Shown here piece after piece: positions 53,423-64,000 of a stretch of DNA of 64,000 nt. Each line of letters opens with the position of its first letter. Position 1 is the stretch's first letter. Position numbers and translations under genes: made by a program. This stretch comes from Camelus dromedarius (taxonomy: Eukaryota): NCBI RefSeq assembly GCF_036321535.1, contig NC_087436.1, positions 76,262,001 through 76,326,000 of the forward strand. The letters are read 5' to 3'. The notes beneath the pieces were generated by a model. The model was not told where the DNA came from, did not search any database, and was given only the letters and a program-made list of their open reading frames with translations.

Positions 53423-53705
53423 AATGGCGGCAGGCAGCAAGCCGATCTGACGGCAGTGACCGGAGGAGGAGAAGCTGCCGCCAAGCACCAGGGACCCGGT
53501 TTGCCTTGGGAGTCTGGGTCCAGGGCCCGAAGCCGCGGGGCTGGATGCTGTGGATGCTGGATAGCGGGAAGGCTGGCAGACGGGGAGACGGAAGAGGCGG
53601 TGCTAAGACGCGGCTTCCGGAAGCCCGCCCCTAGTTGCAGCCAATGAGGTCCTCACGTCATTGTGCGCGCAAGCTCGCAGGGCTTGGCGGGGCGGGGGTG
53701 GGAAG
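52760..53705. promoter_or_regulatory. CpG island covering NAA11 promoter, 5'UTR and CDS
   Basis: The only extended GC- and CpG-rich stretch in an otherwise CpG-depleted window. Boundaries approximate. Confidence 0.85.
53560..53705 (-). promoter_or_regulatory. NAA11 TATA-less proximal promoter
   Basis: Palindromic ETS site GGCTTCCGGAAGCC 53612-53625, GC boxes 53625-53630 and 53686-53698, CCAAT 53641-53645, CRE-like TGACGTGA (minus) 53653-53660, E2F-like TTCCCGC (minus) 53564-53570. Confidence 0.75.
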
Positions 53706-53779
53706 TGGAGTTCATTAGGCTCTCAGGAGCTTTTAATGCAAGGTCTGATCCGTTGCTGTCATTATTCTGATATTTGTTT

Positions 53780-54850
53780 CAGTTTTAACTTTTAATATGG
53801 ATACATCTGTATAAATTTTCACGAACTGAAGAAACCCATGTAACCAGAATCTAGAGGAAGAACTAGAACATCGCGAGCACCCCAGAAGCCCCTCTTCATG
53901 CCCCTTCCAGTCCTTCCTGCCCCCTGTTCCAAGAGCAACTTTCACCCCGCTGGATACTTGCTTCAGCTACCTTGTTTTGTGTAATTGTGTGTTCTTCATA
54001 CTCTTTCCAGTTTGGTATTCTGTTGCCTAAATGTATCACTCTTTTTTCACCTATTGGAGTGTTGTTGGCCGTTTGTGCTATTTCCAATTTGGGAATAGTA
54101 TGACTAGTGTAGCTAAATGTTTTGGAACATGTATCAACAAAAATACATGCATATTTACCTGGGATTAGAATTACTGGTCAGAAGATACTATGATATTCAA
54201 CTTTTGTATAAATACTGCCAAGCAATGTTCCAGAATGGTTGCTGCACATTTTTATCAACATTTAGTATTTCCTCATCTTTTTCGTTTTACGCATTCTTGG
54301 GGGTGGGGGATTATGGTTTTCTTTTGTATTTCTCTAATCGCTAGTGAAGTTGAGCACGTTTTTTAGTATGCTTATTAACCATTCTATATATTCTTTTTAT
54401 GAAGTGGTTGTTCAAGTCCTTTGTTCATTTTTCTATTGGGTTATGTGTCTTTTTCTCATTAACGTTTTTTAAAAATATATGTTCTGGATATGTGTCCTTT
54501 GTCAGATATACTTATAGTGAATAGCATCCCCCTCAATTGGTTGATTTTTCATTCTCTTAATGGTGATTTTTGACACCAAGTAGGAATTTTAACATAGTCC
54601 AATTTGTCCGGTTTTGGTTTTGTTTTTGTTTTAATTTCATGGTTAGTGCTTTTTGTGTCCTGTTTAAGAAATCTTTGCCAACTCCAGGGACACAGAGACA
54701 TTCTTCTATGTTTTCTCCCAAAAACTTTATTGTTTTACATTTTATGCTTAGATATTAAGTCCATTGGAATTTATTTTTGTGTATGTTGTGATGTAGAGGT
54801 TCAGCTGGTTTTTGCTCATATGGATAGTCTATCCATCTAGCACCGCTTAA
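53780..54850 (-). mobile_element. Old L1M fragment upstream of the NAA11 promoter
   Basis: cccatgtaaccagaatc...agcaccccagaagccc...gaagttgagcacg...gtttaagaaatctttgcc...ttttgtgtatgttgtgatgtagagg. Confidence 0.8.
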
Positions 54851-57559
54851 TGTTTTAATTGACTCTATACATTGGAAGTTATTTACCAATATTATTTCCA
54901 TTCAGAAATGTCTCTTTTATGTTATACCTCTCTCCAAGAACAAGGATATGTGTTTTGAGATGACATGGCTCTCAAAGCATAATCCAGGAAGTCATTTGGT
55001 TCTTCTGTAATAGTTTCTTCCTAAAATGGTTTGGACTATCAGAATTTGAGTACATTGTGTTCTTTTATAGGAACATTGTATATTTACTTGACTTCCCCAA
55101 GTATAGGCTTGACAAATGGGGCAAGTGTGAATAGACCAACTTAGAAGAAATCAAAACTCACATATCAATTATTAATCTATCGCTTGTATTTTCATCTCTT
55201 TTGTTTATCTTTTTTTTATTCCCTAGGCCATGAAAGAAAGATGAAAAAGATCCTTGGGCCTATGCAAACTTGGGAAGAAGAGGCACCAGATTAACCAGTA
55301 AGTTTTATTTGTTTGAGTCTGTTTAATCCTGAGTATGAGGCCTAATCTTAGGGTAAGACAACAACAAAAAGAGTTTTCAAAGGCAACTAGTTGGACCCAG
55401 AAAAGGAAAATGGCAGTTACTTTGACTGTAGTGTGAGCCAAAGCATTTTCATGCCTAAGTCATTTAGAGAGCAAAACACCTTATGACAGCTATATGATAA
55501 TGTATAACAGATCATCAACAAATGAACAAATAAATATTTTTTATACCTACTGAAGTGAACTCTCATTGTTTCCTCCATTGTCCATAATTATAAACAAGAC
55601 CAAAAATTATAAATTCAGTCATGTGGATAAGCAAGAGTAAATAGCAAAGAAGAATTTTCTACTTTCTCATGCTGCTGCATACTCCAAACCCACCTTTTTT
55701 TCTGGTCATTGACAGGGCATAGCTACATAAAATATGAAATCAATAATTTTGGGAAAAAAAGTTTCTGACATTAACACCGAGTTTAAACAGTGGGCAGTGG
55801 CTGTAAGACAGTCAAGAAACTCCCCTTGTATTGAAACGGGAGCAAACAGACTGGGTTTAATATAAGCCCAGCCTTCTCTGCTTGCAGAGAATAACATTGC
55901 ATATTTTGTTAGGCTAACATTAAAATATGATTGTGTCTTTAGGAGTGCTGTGATGTGTAGGGAATAGCATAGTCAGAGAGGCTGGGGCAGAACTGACTCA
56001 TACCAAACAATGGGCTGTTCTTTGTCTTCACGGATTTGTGTTCACACCTAAAAACAGTTTCTTTTTCCTCACAGCATAAAAATATATAAGCTTGTAATTA
56101 CCAAGAAGACTTAGTGCTAGGGTTCTCTACAAGGTTTGTTTAAAGGAGAAAAAAGACTCTTTGGCATCTTGTGATAGGATGTTCATTTAAACTGGATGCA
56201 ATAGAAGCTTTGGATTAGAAGAATATCCAATATACTATGTAAGCAGTATCTAGCTGTACCCAAGAGGGTGGACATTTGTGAAATTTGGGTGGGCCTTGGG
56301 ACCCTGAGACAAGTTTTTATCCCAGAAAATGACCTCACTCCTATTGGTATAGATATGTAATGTCCTATGTAATGAATCTGAGACAAGCATCAGATAAATT
56401 TTTAGAGGCTTTCTAACAGGTAAGGTCTACACAAGATTTAAGGTGGCTAACAGAAGTCCATCAACATCTTGGATAAGGGCAGGGTTTCCAGTATATAAAA
56501 TATTATCTAAATCCTTTTCCAAATGTGGGAGATCAAAGAAAGTCTTTCAATATAGTCTCAAGGAACTTGGGTCAATGTGAATTGCAGGTTTGTTTGGCTC
56601 TTGGATTGTACTGGAAAAGAAAACAAACTAGAACAAAGATCGGCTACTATAAAATATTCAGTAGTATATAGGAAGCAGGACAGCAAGGGGACAGGGTTAG
56701 GAATGACAGAAAAAGAAGGTAACACCATAGCATGCAATGCAATCTCTGCTAGGTTTCTTGCAGTACCAAGTGGATGGAAAAATACTGGATTCTTTTTAAG
56801 CATTTTCTTGAAGTAAACAGATGATTCAGCACTGTAATTGATCCAGAAAGGAGATATGTAAGCAATGATTATAATAATTATTGTGTGTATGAGGGAAGAG
56901 CCTGGGAAGGCTTCAGAAAAACATAACATTTGCTTTGATTTTTCCTTATCTTTTCAGGTTTGGCTCAAGTATCCTCTCTTTCATGTAGTCTTCTTTGACT
57001 CACTCTCCCCTGGAAAAATGAATTACTTCCTTATTTGTATGCTCCTCTCAATCATATCTATGTTTGTATCATTTACTTTATTCTTAATTCTTATCTTGTT
57101 TGTTTTTTGAGGATATGACCCTATCTTATGAAAATAGTTTTTATTTTTTTTCTGGGGGCTAGCAAATTGTATGCTGCATAGTAGGTCTTGACTGAATGCT
57201 TACATAATGAATATGCAATTAGAGGTATAACTATATTAAGACAGACTAAATCATTTCTTTATGCAGTCCAAAAATTCTATGATTATAGTACATATTTTTG
57301 TGTAATGATATCCATTATTGTTGCTTAAGCACTTAATGAGAAAATATGATAGTACTTATGCTGCATCACTTTCTATACTTAGCATTACTTTCCCTAACCA
57401 ACTACATTATGTACCAAATGCTATAATGTCTAGGCTACTCAGAGATTTGCAGATCATTTTTATTATATAAAAGAAAAGTAAATTGGACATAATTTAGCAG
57501 TTGGTTTACAGCTCTAGGTTCCTCTTTAATGCCTTGGGAAGTGGGTTGGACATTGTCTG

Positions 57560-58892
57560 TTGTACTAATATTCATTTCCAACCTCTCACCCATAAACCAT
57601 GTATCTTAGACTTACTTTCCAACCAGCTTCCAAGGAGATTTGGTCCATAGGAAGCCTGGGGGTGGGAGTGGGGTGGGGGATGGGAGAGAAGAAGGATGGG
57701 AGAAGCCAAGGTGTTTCTCTCCTACTAGCTTATCTTTGGATAGCATCTTCCTGCAGTGGCTGGTTTCCCCTGTGGTTTTAGCTACCCACCAGACAGCCTC
57801 TGCTGAATTCTAGTTTTCCCACCAGGCAACCATGGCTTCTAGTCTCTGGTAATAAGACTTACCCTTTTGTCCCTCCAGCCCTAGAAGTGGTGCTGGTTTC
57901 TTACCATTGCTAATCTTCTGGTTGCATCACCATCCCCTGTTGGCTTCTCAGCTCTTCTATCACTTATTACACATGTATTAAGTTTCTCAATTTAAATTAT
58001 CTGCTACCTCATATCAGTCACAATGGCCATCATCAAAAGGTCTACAAGTAATAAATGCTGGAGAGGGTGTGGAGAAAACGGAACCCTCCTACATTGTGGG
58101 TGGGAATATAAACTGGTGCAGCCATGATGGAGAACAGTATGAAGGTTTCTTAAAAAACTAAACATAGACTTACCATATAATCCAGCAATCCCACTGCTAG
58201 GCAAATATCCAGAAAAGATGAAAATTCTAATTTGAAAAGATACATGCACCTCAAAGTTCATAGCAGCACTATTTACAATAGCCAAGATGTGGAAGCAGCC
58301 TAAATGTCCATTGACAGACAGATGGTAAAGAAGACATGGTGTATACACACACACACACACACACACATACACATACACATACACATATATATAAGGGAAT
58401 ACTACTCAGCCATAAAAAAGAATGAAATAATGCCATTTGCAGCAACATGGATGGACCTAGAGATTATCATACTCAGTGAAGTAAGCCAGACAGAGAAAGA
58501 CAAATAACGTATGATATCACTTATATGTAGAATCTAAGGGAAAAAATGATACAAATGAACTTATTTACAAAACAAAAAGAGACAGACACAGGGAACAAAC
58601 TTTTGGTTACCAAAAGGAAAAGCAGGGGGAGGGATAAATTAGGAATTTGGGATTAACTGATACACACTACTATATATAAAATAGATAAACAACAATGACC
58701 TGCTATATAGCATGGGGAACTATATTCAATATCTTATAAAAACCTTTAAAGGGAAAGAATCTGAAAAATTATATATATATAACTTTGCTGTATACCTGAA
58801 AATCAATTATGAATAAACTGTACTTCAATTTAAAAAAAAGAAAAAAGAAATAAATTACCTGGAATGATTTGTTGGCTGGTCCCTGACTGATA
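57560..58892 (+). mobile_element. ERVL solo LTR (LTR41-like) split by an L1 insertion
   Basis: cttttgtccctccagccctagaagtgg...gcttctcagctctt. Terminus ggtccctgactgata resumes after the L1 at ~58862. Confidence 0.65.
58004..58850 (+). mobile_element. 5'-truncated LINE-1 (ORF2 C-terminus plus 3'UTR)
   Basis: Degenerate CCHC region [17 protein letters not shown]; poly(A). TSD TAAATTA(T/C)CTG at 57993 and 58851. Confidence 0.95.
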
Positions 58893-59358
58893 GAAATTAT
58901 AGTGATTGACTATGTTTTTAATGTAAATTCAAATTTTATGTTATTTTTCTCAGTCTGACATACCAAACCTAAATACTGCAGCCACTTAGAATGATAATAA
59001 GGCAAAATATTCAGAGACAGTCATGGATTCACTGTTCTCAGGTATGAGAAAGGAAAACTTCTTTACATTAATGGAATTCCTGCTGGCAGCGGTACCAGAA
59101 ACCTGTTCCATCAGTTCTATATTATTACCATGTACGTGTCCTGGCTGTTCCAAGCACCATTAGAAAGTCAAGCACTATAAGGGTTTTGGAGATTGTCAGA
59201 CATCACTTGTAGTTAGTATTGTGTCAGCAGCAATTTGCATGCAAGATCTTAAACATCATTGCATGCAAATAGATGTGGGAGTGAAGAGTGGCAGTAGAGA
59301 AGGAGTGATGCCCAGAGACTAGCTGATACATCTCAAGAGAAGAGCTCTTTAAGAAATT

Positions 59359-59556
59359 AGGGGTTTGAGATTAGTAGATACAAACTACTACATATAAAAT
59401 AGATAAACAACAAGGTCATACTGTATAGCACAGGGAACTATATTCAACATTTTGTAATAACCTAGAAAGAAAAAGAATATTTATAATTGAATCATTGTGC
59501 TATACACAGGAAGTTAATACAATGTTGTAAATCAACTATACTTCAATTTAAAAAAA
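59359..59556 (+). mobile_element. Short LINE-1 3' end
   Basis: gggtttgagattagtagatacaaactac...atcaactatacttcaattt(A)n. TSD AAGAAATT at 59351 and 59557. Confidence 0.92.
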
Positions 59557-61879
59557 AAGAAATTCTGCTGGGCATAGTGAGAAGAACCTTGATTTCAAAT
59601 TTTGGTTCAAACATTTATTTAGCTGTGCTCTGGGGCAGGCCACTTATCTTTTGGGGGCTTTTTCTTTTCTCCTCTAGAAGATGGAAATCTGTATACCCCG
59701 CTACCTTGTTTTGAGAATGAAATGGGATAATGTATATGAGAGCTTCACGCAAAGGACTATTATTATTATCAAATATGACTTTTTTTTTTTATGGAAGAAG
59801 TGATCTTGAAGCCCTGAAAGTGCAGACTGACAGATGAACTTGATGAGAACAAAAATTTGGCACAACATAAAGGGTATGCAGCAGATGTAGAATGGTAGAA
59901 ATTATGAATAGGTTTCAAAATAATTCGATTAAGAAAAGTAGTACTGGAATGACTAAAAAGCAAGGGAACAATAGGCTCTAGCTTTTGAAAAGGACACAAG
60001 AGGGAAAACTAATTTATTTCACATTTTCCCATTTAAATTTTATAATTTGTTCTGTTATTAGTTATAGAACCAGCCTTTTTGTAAAACTTGGCTGACATAT
60101 TTTATCCCATGATCTCTTTGGAGCATTGGGTGCAACCAAGTGCTCTCATCTATATTGTAAAGTAGGAAGTAGAGTGATTAAGTGAGAGAAGTAAAACTAC
60201 TTGAGAAATTAGTCATAAAGTTTTAGAGAGAATCTAGGATGCCAAACTCCTACATAAATTGCTTTTGGTTTCCTGGTTGCCAACATTTATAAATGTTGTT
60301 GCCTTATAATCTCCATGCTGCCTGGTCCTGTCACTTTTAAAATGGTTGACTCAATTTTTATTGTGTGTATGTGTCTGAGCATGTGGGCACACCAGAATTC
60401 AGCTCCTTAAAAAGTGAATTCTTTCTCAAACTCAAGGAGCTAATAAGCCTTCTCAGAAATTGTCTATGAGGAAAACTCAGTTTTGTTTTTCTAGCGTTTG
60501 TTTCACAAAGAAATTTTGTTTAGCAACCATGCCAAATATAGTTTTATTGTTGGGTTGAACTACATGATATCATGAATCTTTTCTAGGTGTAAAGTTCTAT
60601 GATTATTAGCCTAGCACAGATGAATTTTGCTGTTGTTGGGTTTGGAAGTCCAAACTGGTGGGACTGCAGTGGGTGTCAAAGAGGTGAAGGATGATGTGTT
60701 GATGTAATACTGTGATACTGAGTTGAAATTCAGTGAATGAAAATCATTTCTTCTAACCTAACAGCAAATGACGTTAAAATGTTTATACTAAAAGGGGAAA
60801 ACTAGTGGATTCTTTTTTCCTCAGTGTTAGGGAAAATTCTTTGTAGTAAATAATTTGCTATCTTTTTCAAGCCACAGCAGCAACACATACACAGTACCAC
60901 CCTGTTTACAACCATTCCTGTAGTTCTAGGCTAGAATTAACTTGCAAAGTAGAATGTGTTAGTGTCCAATAATTTAGGGATACACAAAAATTCTTTCTAA
61001 CTGATTATGAGAATTAACACTTTGTGAAATCTGATTTAGCATCACTTTGTTATAAGTGATGAGTGTGCGAGAGACATGGTCATATCTATACAGAGTCTTA
61101 CTGCAGAGTGTTGTTCCCGTCATAACTGTAGGTCAGATAATTTGCTTTAGCTATTGTGGTCATCAGATTCAGAACTGGCTTTGGAGAAGCAGAATTAGAT
61201 TTTGAAGCATTAGTGTAAAAACAGAGAATTGGCTTGCCTTTCAATATTTCATCAGGAAAAATCATGAGTTCAGGTTTCATGGAGTTTCTTGGGACCCTTA
61301 CTACGGTAATTCCCCCTGATTGACTATTCAAGATGCATAAGCAAAACAACTCCATGTTATGAACATAGGTTGTATGTTTCAACTGGATAAATAATTCACC
61401 CACAATCAAGTTGCCACTTAAATACTGGGTTATGATTCACTTTCTAATTAATCCAAGAAATGTGAAGCATATTTAAAATCTTTTCTTTCCCTCAATTTTC
61501 TGCCTCTGTGTCTTTCTCTCACTGTTATTAGCACTTGGGTTTTGTCTCGGCTTCACTTCCCCAACACAGCACAGATTGAACATGCAAAGCATACACCTCA
61601 GAAGAAAGATGACACCTGGGTCACTAGTCTCCTGGCTCACTTTGCTAATCTACTTCAACTGCCATCACTAATTAGGTTGAAGAGATGACTACTACCATGG
61701 CTGTTACTGCTGTTGCTGTATTTAAATGCACTTGGAGAGCCATACATAATTTTTTTTTTCCACTTGGTGAACTTATTACTCAATTTCTAATCTAGGAAGA
61801 CAAGAGAGTAACTTTCTAGAATTTGGGGTCCTTTTTACAGGATTGTATACTCTTAATGGTGCAGTATGTCCTCCGTTGT

Positions 61880-63530
61880 GAAAGAGTGTTTATAACATAA
61901 CTGCAGCATTTGAAAGATAATGAAATCAACATGTATGTGCTCACCACTGAACCTAAGAAATAGGCTAATGCCAGTACCTTTGAAATCACTTTTATAACCC
62001 TTTCAAATTTCTTCCTTCCTCAAAAGTAATATCAATCTTGACTTGTATAATACTAACTATTCCTCATTGACATATGTCCTTAAATTACATATTATTTAAC
62101 TTTTCCTATTTTAATAATTTTATAAGTGAAGTCATAGTGTGTATACTTCTGTAATTTGCATTTTTTCTCAACATTTCTTTAAGATTCATCTATGTTAGTA
62201 TAGTTTATTTAATTTTATCATGGTCTAGTATAGCATTGTATGACTATAATGAATTAATTTATTAATTCATTTGTCACTCATGGACATCTGGGTTATTTCA
62301 AGGTTTTTGTTTTGTTTTGTCTTTTGCTTTTTGCTGTTACACACTGCATTTTTCTATTGCTGTGTAACAAATTACCAAAACCTTAGAGGCTTATAAAAGC
62401 ACAAATTTGTTATAGTTTTGTGGGTCTGGAATCTGGATATAGCCTGGATCAGTTGGTTTTCTTTGCTTAGGATCTCATAAAGCCAAAATAAAGATATGGT
62501 CAGAGCTGCAGTCTTCTGAGAGACCCAAGGTCCTCTCAGCTTCAGAAACCACCCACCTTTCCCTGGCATGTGAATATGCAATATGGCATTTTGCTCATTC
62601 AAGGCCAAGAAAATAAATATCTTTAGTTTTGAATCTCTTCTACCTCTTTTCAAGGCCCTCTGATTAGGTCAGGCCCACCCAGAGTGGCATTCCTTTTGAT
62701 TAACTCAAAGTCAATTAATCAGAGGCCTTAATTCCTTCTGCAGACTCCCTTCTGTCATATAATATAACATAATCATGAAAGTGATGGCTCATCATATTCA
62801 CAAGTTCTTCTCACATTTAGGCTAAGGGCATTACACAGAATACCAGAAAGTGGAAATCTTCAGGGCAATTTTAGAATTCTACCTACCACACAAACAATTT
62901 TATAAATGAATAATCTTGACTGTGTCTCTTGTTTATCTTCTTGTAATTGTAAGAGTTCTTTATATGTTTTTTAAGTCTTCTAAGTTTGGCTGAACTGTTT
63001 CAAGATGGTTTTACCATATGCAGCCATCATTAAGAGAATTTCTCTTGTATACATTCTCAGTAACAATTAGAATTTGTATTTTAATTAATTCGTATAATTT
63101 TCTTTATTAAAGTCTTATCCATCACTTGTTAGACCTATTCCTGGATCACTTATTTTTAATTGATATTTTAATTTTTGAATTACATTTATTAAATCTTTCT
63201 TGCTGAAAACTTTTATGTATTAATCATATTCAATGAACTCACTAGATTATCTTATTATTTTTAGTAATTTATTTGTAGGTCTTTAAAATCTTTCTGTGTG
63301 GACAAATGTGTCATTTAACTAATAAGGACAACTTTTTTCCCTTTTCTATCCTTCTATTTTGTATTGCCTTTTCAAATCTTATGAAGCTGGGCAGGTCCTC
63401 CATACAGTGTTGAGTAGAAATAGTAGTAAGCACCATCCTTATCTACTTTCTGATTTTAGAGGTAATGTTTTTATTGCTTAGCCATTGAATACAATGCTTA
63501 CTCTATGTTTTGGGTGGATATTCTTTATCA
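61880..63530 (-). mobile_element. Old L1M, interrupted by a MaLR LTR
   Basis: L1M 3' text (agattcatctatgtt, atggacatctgggttatttc) and ORF2-like minus-strand text (tacagtgttgagtagaaatagt...catccttatct). Confidence 0.7.
62345..62890 (-). mobile_element. MaLR solo LTR (MLT1D/E-like)
   Basis: tctattgctgtgtaacaaattacc...gattaggtcaggcccaccc...ttagaattctacctaccaca. Confidence 0.85.
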
Positions 63531-63569
63531 TGTTCTTGTCCTTGTCTCCACAAAATGAGGTAAAATTTC

Positions 63570-64000
63570 AAAAGAATTATAACTAAATCTCAATAGGGAC
63601 TTTAAAGAACTTGACAAGGTGATTTTAGAATGTATATGAAAGAGCAAAGGTTTCAGAATAACCAAGACACCACTGAAGAAAATGAAAAATATGTGGGAAC
63701 ATGACCTACTAGACACCAAAACTACTCATCAGAGTTAAAAAGAGGCATTTCATGATGATAAAAGATCAGTTCATCAACAGGGCAGAATTATTCCAGAGGT
63801 TTATACAGCTAATAACAGACTTCAAAATACATGAAGCAAAAACTGATAGAAGTGAAATAGTTTTCAATTACAGCTGGAGATTTTACTGTTTTTCTCTCAA
63901 TAACTGATAAAACATATAGGCAGCAAATCAGTAAGTATGTAGAACACTTGAACAGTACTATCAAACAACCTTCCCTTATTGAATTTATGTAACAGTTTAT
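63570..64000 (+). mobile_element. L1 ORF2 fragments (post-RT segment, then endonuclease segment)
   Basis: gaacttgacaaggtgattttagaatgtatatg... then gcatttcatgatgataaaaga...cttcaaaatacatgaagcaaaaactgataga. Confidence 0.75.

Noticed and set aside
53423..53488. 22-aa N-terminal extension in the ORF track
   Set aside because: Starts at GTG; homology to NAA10/NAA11 begins at the ATG at 53422.
53210..53647. 145-aa plus-strand ORF (and 52734-52991) antisense to NAA11
   Set aside because: Shadow ORFs of a GC-rich CDS and CpG island, with no recognisable protein features.
58004..58507. ORFs 58004-58384 and 58304-58507 (also 27757-28126, 23033-23218, 59487-59714)
   Set aside because: L1-derived sense or antisense translations, not genes.

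Overview
AT-rich, CpG-depleted, repeat-dense placental mammal DNA. The young L1 3' ends look cetartiodactyl and no ruminant, pig or whale SINEs are seen, so a camelid is my inference. The only convincing protein-coding gene is NAA11 (ARD1B), the intronless-CDS retrocopy of X-linked NAA10, on the minus strand at 52727-53422 (231 aa) inside the only CpG island. The sequence supports a two-exon model: a splice donor 12 nt after the stop, a ~5.0 kb intron, a strong acceptor at 47674/5 and a ~0.9 kb non-coding exon ending at ATTAAA plus a GU-rich element. The rest is LINE-1, LINE-2, MIR, MaLR/ERVL/ERV1 LTRs, MER5A and microsatellites. The most interesting unannotated signals are several atypical products of L1 target-primed reverse transcription: a TSD-flanked orphan ~370 bp polyadenylated non-L1 insert (35627-35996), an L1 with an apparent 3' transduction (9092-9703), and a body-less poly(A)-type insertion turned microsatellite (17955-18034). 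Repeat family names are by-eye recognition and need RepeatMasker/Dfam confirmation. I see no evidence for a wholly new multi-gene system.
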